DNA of 44,780 nt, taken from IMG/VR virus record IMGVR_UViG_3300045988_060029; one strand, 5' to 3'. The notes under the pieces were generated by a model. That model was given only the letters and a program-made list of their open reading frames with translations, ran no database searches and was not told where the DNA came from. Shown here one piece after another: positions 1 to 7,803 of this stretch (its first letter is position 1; each line of letters starts with the position of its first letter). A program made the translations under genes and the position numbers. This stretch comes from a virus.

Positions 1-55
1 GAGAAATAGGTTGCGCGAATTGCAAGCGGCATTTATTGAGGAGGTAACACGCCAT
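1..55. repeat. 55-bp terminal direct repeat, identical to 44726-44780 (assembly overlap of a circular molecule)
   Basis: GAGAAATAGGTTGCGCGAATTGCAAGCGGCATTTATTGAGGAGGTAACACGCCAT was read at both ends. The ORF starting at 44436 continues in frame into 56-61 (AAA TAA). Confidence 0.95.
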
Positions 56-107
56 AAATAAACGGGAGTATTGTGAAAGCCGGAAAAGCGTTGCATATTA
101 CAGCGGC

Positions 108-311
108 TTGAATGGGCTTGAAATAAAGGGCATTGAATACGGTATAAACGATTTTGTTTATTGCGTTTCGGGCTGTTGGTATGGCGGGAAAGCGGCGCGG
201 CGTTTCCACCGTTGCAAAATCTACTACCCCGCAAACGGGAAAGATAGCGCATTTTTCCGGGTGCATGGGTACAAAATCCCGCTTGATGAATGTATTAGAA
301 TGGGGGTTTAG
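108..311 (+). CDS. Hypothetical small protein (67 aa)
   Basis: Track ORF that packs tightly with the next gene (stop 311, ATG 314). The start is an alternative codon (TTG) with no clear SD, so the start is uncertain. Confidence 0.5.
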   Translation: MNGLEIKGIEYGINDFVYCVSGCWYGGKAARRFHRCKIYYPANGKDSAFFRVHGYKIPLDECIRMGV

Positions 312-313
312 TT

Positions 314-580
314 ATGCGATATTACAGGGTAAAACCGCAATACGATAATTATAAATTATCGCGGAATTATGAAATATTCGTTGGTACTGAATTATTGACG
401 GAAACAGAATATAAAAAAGCGTTGCTAAAATACGCCAACAGGAACAACACGCGCCGCGCCACAATTCCCCCGTCAAGCCGTGATAAAGCCATGTTTGCGG
501 AAAAATTCGATATTGTGGAAATATCGAAAAATAAAACCTATTGGTTTTTCGGGGCGCGTTTTGCGCGGGAGGTGGAATAA
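314..580 (+). CDS. Hypothetical protein (88 aa)
   Basis: Track ORF. Its stop overlaps the next ATG (TAATG at 578-582). Confidence 0.6.
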   Translation: MRYYRVKPQYDNYKLSRNYEIFVGTELLTETEYKKALLKYANRNNTRRATIPPSSRDKAMFAEKFDIVEISKNKTYWFFGARFAREVE

Positions 581-801
581 TGGCAAGTAACCGAATGCCC
601 CGCCATTTTACCCGGATAACGGGTGAAATGCTCATAGAAACAACAGAAACGCGCCCCGGCGATATTATCCGGGTATATAAAAAAATGATATGGGCTATTG
701 TGGATATAATCCGCGCACAAATCGCCATTTTTACATATTCGTTTTTATGTTGCGAAATGCTGAAATATTCAAATTACAGGAGGTTTTACAATGAACATTG
801 A
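580..801 (+). CDS. Hypothetical protein (73 aa)
   Basis: Internal ATG of track ORF 541..801, preceded by GGAGGTGG and coupled to the upstream stop. Confidence 0.5.
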   Translation: MASNRMPRHFTRITGEMLIETTETRPGDIIRVYKKMIWAIVDIIRAQIAIFTYSFLCCEMLKYSNYRRFYNEH

Positions 802-1057
802 TAGCACTATGAAAGAATTAGCGGAATATATCCGCATGGGTGAGGAAATAGCCGCAAACATTGACGCATTGAAAGACGCGCTAAAACAGTACATGAGGGA
901 AACAGGCGTTGACAGCTTGACGGGAACGGAACATAAAGCAAGTTATAAAGCGGTTGTTTCCTCCCGGATTGATACGACAGCGCTAAAAAAGGACGCGCCC
1001 GAAATAGCCGCGAAATATACCCGGACAACGGAAAGCCGCCGCTTTACATTCGCATAA
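791..1057 (+). CDS. Hypothetical protein (88 aa), small helical protein recalled from Firmicutes phages/conjugative elements
   Basis: ATG preceded by AGGAGG. The C-terminal part ...IDTTALKKDAPEIAAKYTRTTESRRF resembles a family I recall but cannot name. Confidence 0.65.
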   Translation: MNIDSTMKELAEYIRMGEEIAANIDALKDALKQYMRETGVDSLTGTEHKASYKAVVSSRIDTTALKKDAPEIAAKYTRTTESRRFTFA

Positions 1058-1074
1058 TATAGGAGGTTGAGAAA

Positions 1075-1143
1075 ATGACGCTTATTTGTATCTTGCTTTT
1101 TCCGTTGGTGGTATTGGCTGAATTGCGAAAAATCAATAAATAA
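1075..1143 (+). CDS. 22-aa hydrophobic peptide (MTLICILLFPLVVLAELRKINK)
   Basis: ATG lies 8 nt after AGGAGG and the ORF is followed directly by a terminator. It is below the track length cutoff and was read by hand. Confidence 0.4.
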   Translation: MTLICILLFPLVVLAELRKINK

Positions 1144-1148
1144 CAGGC

Positions 1149-1178
1149 AAGCCCCGCTATTATTGGCGGGGCTTTTCC
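1149..1178 (+). terminator. Rho-independent terminator
   Basis: AAGCCCCGC (1149-1157) pairs with GCGGGGCTT (1166-1174) and is followed by TTTT-rich sequence. It ends the small-gene operon. Confidence 0.75.
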
Positions 1179-1358
1179 TATGCCCTATTATAGCCGCTGT
1201 AATGCGCTGCATGGGGTTTTATTGCGTTAGGGGTATAAGGATATACACCGCTTATATTATGCCAGTTGCGTGGCGTTCTGTTGCGTTGTGGGCGGTATGT
1301 CTTGCAAGCTGTACCCATGCGCGGCGCGTTCGGGAGTCCGTCAAGTCGTCCGGCGTTG

Positions 1359-1386
1359 CTGTCGTTTGGGTGTAGTTTATTGACAG
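1359..1386. promoter_or_regulatory. 28-bp inverted-repeat site CTGTCG-N16-TGACAG (candidate serine-recombinase site)
   Basis: CTGTCGTTTGGGTGTAGTTTATTGACAG. It shares the right half TATTGACAG with the site at 1435-1463. Confidence 0.35.
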
Positions 1387-1434
1387 GGGCGCGGGGCGCG
1401 TTCAATAGGGTTGTTTTTCGCACTTTTGGCGGTA

Positions 1435-1463
1435 CTGTCACGGGCGCGAAATGCTATTGACAG
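1435..1463. promoter_or_regulatory. 29-bp inverted-repeat site CTGTCA-N17-TGACAG (candidate serine-recombinase site)
   Basis: CTGTCACGGGCGCGAAATGCTATTGACAG has perfect 6-bp outer inverted repeats. It lies about 0.4 kb upstream of the small recombinase gene. Confidence 0.35.
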
Positions 1464-1593
1464 CGGACGCGGGGCGGCTTGACGCTGTACCCTCGGAGGG
1501 GGAACGCGCCCCGCCGCCGTGCCGGGAGGGAGTACGGCGAGTAGCCGAAAATTTCAAAAAGAATAAAAAGGACTATAAATTATCTCTTTTGTA

Positions 1594-1622
1594 TTGACAT
1601 TCATCTTCTCTTGTGCTACACT
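1594..1622 (+). promoter_or_regulatory. Sigma-A type promoter for the XRE/recombinase/lipoprotein unit
   Basis: TTGACA (1594-1599), 17-nt spacer, TACACT (1617-1622) with an upstream TG. Confidence 0.55.
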
Positions 1623-1650
1623 AATCTCACAAACTAAAGGAGGACGCACT

Positions 1651-1863
1651 ATGGTACGCAATAATATTGAACTCGATGTAAAGGTCAAATGTGTTGAACA
1701 GGGTGTGACACAACAGACCATTGCAGAAAAGATTGGGACTACGGGACAGTATGTCAACAGAATCGTCAAGAAGAAAGACGGGATTATGAACAAGACTTTC
1801 GTTGAAATCATGGAAGCTCTTGGGTACGACATCGAAATCACCTATATCCCAAAGGAAAAGTAA
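1651..1863 (+). CDS. XRE-family helix-turn-helix regulator (70 aa)
   Basis: Internal ATG of track ORF 1594..1863 after AAAGGAGG. HTH-like segment GVTQQTIAEKIGTTGQYVNRIV. Confidence 0.7.
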   Translation: MVRNNIELDVKVKCVEQGVTQQTIAEKIGTTGQYVNRIVKKKDGIMNKTFVEIMEALGYDIEITYIPKEK

Positions 1864-1878
1864 ATCGGAGGTGAGTAC

Positions 1879-2451
1879 ATGAGGGTCGGTTATGTACGAG
1901 TCAGCACCGCAGAGCAAAATCCGGCGAGACAGGTGGAGCTTATGAAGTCCCTCGGTGTGGAGAAAGTCTTTCTCGACAAAATCAGTGGGAAGAATACGGA
2001 CAGACCGCAGTTTAATGAAATGCTGTCGTTTCTCCGTGATGGCGATACTCTGTATGTGGAGTCATTCTCAAGGCTCTCCCGTAGCACCAAAGACCTGCTG
2101 AACACGGTGGGTGTCCTGTCTGCCCGTGGCGTTCAGCTTGTGTCGGACAAAGAGAAAGTGGACACCAACACCCCGCAAGGGCGGTTCATGCTGACGGTGT
2201 TTGCGGCGTTGTCGGAGTTGGAGCGGGAGAATATCCTTGAGCGTCAGCGCGAGGGCATTGAGATTGCCAAAGCGGCGGGAAAATACAAAGGGCGTAAGCC
2301 GATTGCCGTGACGGACAGATTTCTCGGTGCGGCTCGGAGTTGGCAGGAGGGTTCTCTCCCACTGAAAGACGCCATTGAGCAGTCGGGGCTGTCGGAGTCC
2401 ACATTCTTTCGTAAGTGCAAACAGCAAGGGATAAGGAGGGTCGGTGTGTGA
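1879..2451 (+). CDS. Small serine recombinase (resolvase/invertase family, 190 aa)
   Basis: N-terminal VGYVRVSTAEQN with the catalytic Ser context, RLSR motif, C-terminal HTH, and the size typical of the Hin/Gin/Tn3-resolvase class. Confidence 0.9.
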   Translation: MRVGYVRVSTAEQNPARQVELMKSLGVEKVFLDKISGKNTDRPQFNEMLSFLRDGDTLYVESFSRLSRSTKDLLNTVGVLSARGVQLVSDKEKVDTNTPQGRFMLTVFAALSELERENILERQREGIEIAKAAGKYKGRKPIAVTDRFLGAARSWQEGSLPLKDAIEQSGLSESTFFRKCKQQGIRRVGV

Positions 2452-2816
2452 GAAAGCTGATTTTAGCATTGTGTATGGTCGTGATGGTATTCGCGTTAGT
2501 CGGTTGCGGTCAGAAAGAACCTGTCGCGGAAAAGACGGACGCTGAGAAGTTCGCAGAGGAAAACAGTATCTCGGTGGAACTGGCAGAGAACATTGAAAAC
2601 GCCCTGTCGCAGACAGATGTTCCCTCCTCTCTGAATAAGCTCAATGATTGGGAACAGATTGAGGATTATGCGGACGGTCAACGGTACACGGGTTGGGTCT
2701 ACTCCACCGCTCAAGATAAGTATTATTACATGGTGTTCTATGTAAGTGGTGATACCGTTGAGGGTATTCGAGACCAAAAGAACGGGCTTGAATATCTCTA
2801 TCAAAATGAAAATTGA
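2448..2816 (+). CDS. Lipoprotein (122 aa), possible superinfection-exclusion factor
   Basis: GTG start 8 nt after AAGGAGGG, overlapping the recombinase stop. Signal peptide with lipobox LVGC (…MVFALVGCGQ). Confidence 0.7.
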   Translation: MRKLILALCMVVMVFALVGCGQKEPVAEKTDAEKFAEENSISVELAENIENALSQTDVPSSLNKLNDWEQIEDYADGQRYTGWVYSTAQDKYYYMVFYVSGDTVEGIRDQKNGLEYLYQNEN

Positions 2817-2831
2817 CGATTACAAGAATTG

Positions 2832-2885
2832 GCGCATGATTGCGATTGAGGGTTTATCCTCGACCAGTCATGCGCTTTTCTTTTT
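2832..2885 (+). terminator. Intrinsic terminator-like hairpin directly upstream of the terL RBS
   Basis: GCGCATGATTG (2832-2842) pairs with CAGTCATGCGC (2865-2875), 11 bp with one G-U, followed by TTTTCTTTTT (2876-2885). The 5' arm shares a 15-mer with 4655-4669. Confidence 0.65.
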
Positions 2886-2898
2886 GCAGGAGGTAAAA

Positions 2899-4542
2899 AT
2901 GGAACAGCTACTTTCAAAAATTCTCGAAAAAATAAAAAAGGACGCTTACCTGTTTCGGACATGGGAAGACCTGCTCTATATGTGCAAGGAAGCTATGAAA
3001 ACTGACATTTCGCTCGGCGTGAGGTATCTCAAGCTCCTCTCGGCTGAATGTGAGAGAGGTATCAGTGACCCGCTCACCTCGGAACAGGAGGTCAAGGAGC
3101 TATACGGATTGCACAAGCGGGTTCTCCTCGCCGCCGCGCCGTATGATTTTGACAGCTACCTGCTCTATGTGGAGTGGAACAGAGAACCGAAAAAGAAGTT
3201 TTACCCGCCGCGCCGCAAGGTACTGAAACAGGTGGTGGACGCGCTACAGGAACTTGCAGACGATAAACTTGACCTGCTTGCGGTCTCTCTCCCGCCCGGT
3301 AGCGGCAAGACCACTCTCGCTATCTTCTACCTCACTTGGCTCGGCGGGAAGATTCCCAACGAACCTATGTTGACAGGTTCTCACTCCAACTCGTTCGTGC
3401 GCGGTGTGTACGATGAGTGCTTGCGTATCTTTGACGCAAATGGTGATTACCTGTGGCACGATGTATTCCCCGATATACAGGTTTCTAACACGAACGCGAA
3501 AGATTGTCGTATCGACCTTGATAAGCGACAGCGTTTTGAAACATTGGAGTTTACCTCCATCGGCACGGGCAACGCGGGTCTATATCGTGCCGCCACCCTC
3601 CTCTATTGTGACGATTTGGTGTCGGGTATCGAGGTCGCGCTATCTAAGGAGCGGCTTGACAAGCTGTGGGAGACCTACACAACGGACTTGAGACAGCGTA
3701 AAATCGGAGACCACTGCAAGGAGCTTCATATTGCTACCCGATGGTCGGTACACGATGTTATTGGTCGATTGGAGCGGGAGTATGTAGACAGCGACAAGGC
3801 GAAATTCATTGTCGTACCTGCTATGGACGAAAACGATGAGTCCAATTTCGATTATGCTTATGGGGTCGGGTTCTCCACCCACTTCTACCGGGAACAGCGC
3901 AATATTATGGACGATGTTTCGTGGAGGGCATTGTATATGAACGAACCCATTGAGCGTGAGGGATTGGTCTACTCGCAGGACGAGCTACGCCGCTATTTCG
4001 AGCTTCCCAAAGAAGACCCGGACGCGATTATCGGTATCTGTGACACCAAAGACAAGGGTGCGGACTACGCATTTCTCCCTGTGGCGTATGTGTACGGGCA
4101 GGATTACTATATTGACGATTGCGTGTGTGACAACGGCTTGCCGAATGTTGTGGACGCTCGGCTGACGGAAATCCTTGTGCGCGATAAGGTCAAGTCCTGT
4201 CGCTTTGAGTCCAATTCCGCAGGTCGGCGCGTAGCTGAGAAGATACAGGAGGAAGTCCGAAAGAAAAACGGTATCACCCATATCACGACCAAGTTCACAA
4301 CAGCGAACAAGGAAACGAAAATCATCGTCAACAGCGCATGGGTCAAGGAGCATTGTTTGTTCAAAGACGCTTCTCTCTATCAGCGGAAGTCTGACTATGG
4401 GAAAATGATGGATATGCTCTGCTCCTACACTGTCGCGGGTAAGAACAAGCACGATGATGTACCCGATGGAATGGCTATGCTTGCCGAATATGCACAGTCG
4501 TTGAGCGGTCAAAAAGTCGAGGTGTTCAAACGACCTTGGTAA
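2899..4542 (+). CDS. terL: Terminase large subunit
   Basis: ATG after AGGAGG. Walker A LPPGSGKTT, C-terminal nuclease-type acidic motif HDDVPDG, and position upstream of the portal gene. Confidence 0.92.
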   Translation: MEQLLSKILEKIKKDAYLFRTWEDLLYMCKEAMKTDISLGVRYLKLLSAECERGISDPLTSEQEVKELYGLHKRVLLAAAPYDFDSYLLYVEWNREPKKKFYPPRRKVLKQVVDALQELADDKLDLLAVSLPPGSGKTTLAIFYLTWLGGKIPNEPMLTGSHSNSFVRGVYDECLRIFDANGDYLWHDVFPDIQVSNTNAKDCRIDLDKRQRFETLEFTSIGTGNAGLYRAATLLYCDDLVSGIEVALSKERLDKLWETYTTDLRQRKIGDHCKELHIATRWSVHDVIGRLEREYVDSDKAKFIVVPAMDENDESNFDYAYGVGFSTHFYREQRNIMDDVSWRALYMNEPIEREGLVYSQDELRRYFELPKEDPDAIIGICDTKDKGADYAFLPVAYVYGQDYYIDDCVCDNGLPNVVDARLTEILVRDKVKSCRFESNSAGRRVAEKIQEEVRKKNGITHITTKFTTANKETKIIVNSAWVKEHCLFKDASLYQRKSDYGKMMDMLCSYTVAGKNKHDDVPDGMAMLAEYAQSLSGQKVEVFKRPW

Positions 4543-4597
4543 TTCACATTTTCCACATAGTTTTCCACATTTAATTCGCAAAAGAAGAACATGAACA

Positions 4598-4626
4598 TTG
4601 ACTTTTACGAATTGATATGCTATAAT
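4598..4626 (+). promoter_or_regulatory. Near-consensus sigma-A promoter between terL and portal
   Basis: TTGACT (4598-4603), 17-nt spacer, TATAAT (4621-4626). Two TTTTCCACAT direct repeats lie upstream at 4549-4558 and 4561-4570. Confidence 0.65.
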
Positions 4627-4654
4627 TGTAAGTGTAGAAATAGATTGTTTTGAG

Positions 4655-4705
4655 TGGCGCATGATTGCGCGGGAACGAAAGTTCTCGGCGGTCGTGCGCC
4701 ATTTT
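4655..4705 (+). promoter_or_regulatory. Long leader hairpin (GAAA tetraloop) plus T-run upstream of the portal RBS
   Basis: TGGCGCA (4655-4661) pairs with TGCGCCA (4695-4701). The stem extends inward to loop GAAA (4677-4680) and is followed by TTTT (4702-4705). It shares the 15-mer TGGCGCATGATTGCG with 2830-2844. Confidence 0.55.
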
Positions 4706-4730
4706 ACATTTTCAGAGAGGAGGGACAAAT

Positions 4731-6158
4731 GTGGGAAATGTAATCGACACTTCCAAGCCTGTTGCGGAAACTCGACAGATGTTTGGGCGCAGAGTTATCA
4801 AGAGTAGCGTTACGGAAATCACCGATGAAAATGTCGTGGAAGTGTTACTCAAAGCATTGTCCATTCACGATCTGAACCGCTCGGAGATTGATTATCTTTG
4901 GGAGTATTACAAGGGAAAGCAACCGATTCTGAACCGCACCAAGGAGGTTCGCCCGGAAATTTGCAATCGTATTGTGGAAAACCGTGCGAATGAAATCGTG
5001 TCCTTTAAGGTCGGGTATCTGTGTGGAGAACCGATTCAGTATGTCGGCAAGAGCGGCGAGGAGTCCGTTACGGCGGCGATTACCCGCTTGAATGAGCTGA
5101 TGTTCGCGGAGGATAAAGCGTCTCAAGACCAAGAGATTGTAGAATGGCAGATGATTTGTGGAACGGCGTTCCGACTGGTTCTGCCGGACGCACGGGGCGA
5201 GGAAGATGAGTCCCCGTTCGAGCTGTATACGCTCGACCCGCGAGATACCTTTGTGGTGTACTCCAACGAAATCGGCAATAAGCCGCTTATGGCGGTGAAA
5301 TACAGCAAGGACGATAACGAGATTACCCGCTACTCCATTTATACGGAGAACCGCTACTATCTCGTGGAGGACGGTATTCTGAAAGAGTCCACCCCTCATG
5401 CGCTGAACATGATTCCCATTTTCGAGTACCCGGCGAATAATGCTCGGCTTGGCTCGTTCGAGATTGTTCTCCCCCTCCTCGATACGATGAACAACATCAC
5501 CTCCAACCGTATGGACGGTGTTGAGCAGGTGGTACAGGCGTTTATCAAGTTTATCAACTGTGACATCACCAAAGAGGAGTACGAGGAGTTTCTTACCCTC
5601 GGTGCAATTAAGGTGAAATCTGTGGACGGCGCGAACGCCGATGTGGGGGTTGTCACGACTGACCTCAATCAGACACAGACACAGACTTTGAAAGAGGATT
5701 GCTACAATTCCATTCTCACAATCTGCGGTATGCCGAACCGCAACGGCGGTAGCTCCACGAGCGACACTGGCGCGGCGGTACTTCTGCGAGACGGTTGGTC
5801 TCTCGCAGAAGCGAGAGCGAAAGACAGCGAAAATATGTTCAAAAAGGCTGAGAAGAAAATGCTCAAGCTCGTGTTGCGTATCTGCCGTGAGCTGAGTGAT
5901 TTTGATATTGCCCTTAAGGACATCGAATTGCAGTTCACCCGCCGTAATTACGAGAACATTCAGAGTAAGTCACAGGTGCTTACCACCATGCTCGATAATC
6001 CGAAGATTCACCCGCTCCTCGCTTTCCAACATTCCGGCTTGTTTATCGACCCGGAACGCGCTTACGCAATGAGCGTGAAGTATTACGAGCAGGAACAGGC
6101 GAAAGTGATTGAGCAGAAACCTGTGGAAAATCCGAACCCCGATGAGGACGATAAATGA
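4731..6158 (+). CDS. Portal protein (SPP1 gp6-like)
   Basis: GTG start after GAGGAGGG. YLWEYYKGKQPILNR…NRANEIVSFKVGY matches SPP1-type portals as I recall them. Position between terL and scaffold. Confidence 0.9.
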   Translation: MGNVIDTSKPVAETRQMFGRRVIKSSVTEITDENVVEVLLKALSIHDLNRSEIDYLWEYYKGKQPILNRTKEVRPEICNRIVENRANEIVSFKVGYLCGEPIQYVGKSGEESVTAAITRLNELMFAEDKASQDQEIVEWQMICGTAFRLVLPDARGEEDESPFELYTLDPRDTFVVYSNEIGNKPLMAVKYSKDDNEITRYSIYTENRYYLVEDGILKESTPHALNMIPIFEYPANNARLGSFEIVLPLLDTMNNITSNRMDGVEQVVQAFIKFINCDITKEEYEEFLTLGAIKVKSVDGANADVGVVTTDLNQTQTQTLKEDCYNSILTICGMPNRNGGSSTSDTGAAVLLRDGWSLAEARAKDSENMFKKAEKKMLKLVLRICRELSDFDIALKDIELQFTRRNYENIQSKSQVLTTMLDNPKIHPLLAFQHSGLFIDPERAYAMSVKYYEQEQAKVIEQKPVENPNPDEDDK

Positions 6159-6189
6159 TTTTAGGCGGCATTGACCGTTTGAGATAGTC

Positions 6190-6264
6190 AGAGAAGACTT
6201 TAATCGCAAATAGGTAGAGAAACCTTAAATCGCACCATAACGGGAGAGAACCCGTAAAAACGCA
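6190..6264 (+). repeat. Three tandem imperfect ~19-20-nt repeats in the portal-scaffold spacer
   Basis: AGAGAAGACTTTAATCGCA (6190), AGAGAAACCTTAAATCGCA (6216), AGAGAACCCGTAAAAACGCA (6245). The last one abuts the scaffold RBS. Confidence 0.6.
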
Positions 6265-6278
6265 AGGAGGAATATTTT

Positions 6279-6854
6279 ATGGCAAAGATTGATGTAAGTA
6301 AAATTGAGGGTTACGCCGAAATGTCCGCAGAGGATAAGCTCAAGGCTTTAGAAGCATTTGACATTCCCGACCCCGATTATTCCGGCTATGTGGATAAGAA
6401 GCTGTTTGATAAGACCGCTTCCGAACTGGCTGAGAAGAAAAAGGAACTGAGGGACAAGCTCTCTGAGGACGAAGCCGCCAAGCTGAAAGAAAAGGAGGAG
6501 CGTGATGAGCTTGAGGAAAAGTACAACAAGCTCCTGCGTGAGAGCGCGGTCTCCAAGAACAAGGCGAAATTGGTCGCGTTGGGCTATGAGGAAAGTTTGG
6601 CTGATGAGACAGCGGAAGCTATGGCAGACGGCAATTTGGAAAAGGTCTTTGCCAATCAGAAGAAGCACCTCACTTCCTTTGAAAAGAGGATTCGTGCGGA
6701 AGCTCTGAAAGATACTCCGAAGCCTACTCCCGATGGGGACAGCAAGACCATGACACTCAAGAAACTCCGGGAAATGAATCCTGCCGACAGGCTCAAGTTC
6801 TCGCAGGAACACCCGGAAGAATATAAGGAACTTTATACAGGAGGTAATGAGTAA
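6279..6854 (+). CDS. Scaffolding protein
   Basis: 191 aa, highly charged E/K-rich coiled-coil composition, located immediately upstream of the capsid gene. Confidence 0.75.
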   Translation: MAKIDVSKIEGYAEMSAEDKLKALEAFDIPDPDYSGYVDKKLFDKTASELAEKKKELRDKLSEDEAAKLKEKEERDELEEKYNKLLRESAVSKNKAKLVALGYEESLADETAEAMADGNLEKVFANQKKHLTSFEKRIRAEALKDTPKPTPDGDSKTMTLKKLREMNPADRLKFSQEHPEEYKELYTGGNE

Positions 6855-7786
6855 TGGCTCATAAGATTTACGATAATTTCTATCTGTCGAACGAGATTGA
6901 AGACCAGTTCAATTCTCACCTCGACCTACAGCAGTTCTGCACCGTGGATAACTCCCTCGTGGGTACTGCGGGTATGACGCGCAAAATCAACCGTTACAGT
7001 GCAAGCAACGCCACTCAGAAGTTGGCTATGGGCGCGGGTAACACCGAAAGCATTGAGGTCACTTATGCTCCGTTCGAGTATAAGATTCTGATGGCTCAGA
7101 ACCGTTTCGAGTATTACGATGAGCAGGAAATGACCGACCCCATGCTCGTTCCCGTTGGTGTGCGTCACATGGGTACGGATATGTTCAACACCGTCAATGC
7201 TGACATTTTTGCAGAGTTCAACAAGGCAACGCAGGTCATTGTTGTTTCCGCACTCAACTTTGACGCTTTCGCGGACGCACAGGCTATGTATAACCTTGAG
7301 AACATCGAGGGCGTGAACTTCTTTGCGTTCGTCTCTCCGGCTGATGTGGCGGCTCTGCGTAAGGCTCTTGGTCTGAGCTTGCAGTATGTTGAGTCCTTTG
7401 TCCGTAGCGGTTATGTCGGTACGGTGGCGGGTGTCAACATCTATACCAAGAAAGACGCGGTTTCCGGCACTATCTGTACCGCTACCAAACAGGCGGTCAC
7501 TCTGTTCAACAAAAAGGGTGTTGAGGTCGAGACTCCTCCTCGCGATTCCAGTGACGCGAACACTCGTAAGAACACTATTTTCAGCCGCAAGTATTATCTC
7601 CCCGCGCTGACGGACGAGCGTTACGCGGTCAAGATTGTTAAGGGTACTGCGGCGGTAAGCACCGATACCACGGTTACGGCGGGTAAGACCTACTACACCA
7701 AGAGCGGTCTTGGCTATGTGGCGGTGGTTCCCGCAGAGGGTGATAGCCCGAAGACCAAGGGTTGGTACGAAATCACTGCGGCGTAA
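6854..7786 (+). CDS. Major capsid protein (HK97-fold class)
   Basis: 310 aa directly after the scaffold gene (TAATG coupling). The N-terminal YDNFYLSNEIEDQF…VDNSLVG pattern is recalled from a capsid family. Confidence 0.85.
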   Translation: MAHKIYDNFYLSNEIEDQFNSHLDLQQFCTVDNSLVGTAGMTRKINRYSASNATQKLAMGAGNTESIEVTYAPFEYKILMAQNRFEYYDEQEMTDPMLVPVGVRHMGTDMFNTVNADIFAEFNKATQVIVVSALNFDAFADAQAMYNLENIEGVNFFAFVSPADVAALRKALGLSLQYVESFVRSGYVGTVAGVNIYTKKDAVSGTICTATKQAVTLFNKKGVEVETPPRDSSDANTRKNTIFSRKYYLPALTDERYAVKIVKGTAAVSTDTTVTAGKTYYTKSGLGYVAVVPAEGDSPKTKGWYEITAA

Positions 7787-7803
7787 GTTAGGAGGTGGAC
7801 AAC

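Noticed and set aside
1180-1590. Retron msr/msd or CRISPR leader/array in the GC-rich island
   Set aside because: There is no adjacent RT (the only RT has its own TR/VR 19 kb away), no regular repeat-spacer periodicity and no cas genes.
2746-2898. N-terminal extension of terL given by the track (start 2746)
   Set aside because: The extension would run through the lipoprotein gene end and the terminator hairpin. ATG 2899 has a proper AGGAGG RBS. Similar reasoning was used for portal (4731 rather than 4665) and the HD protein (35696 rather than 35477).
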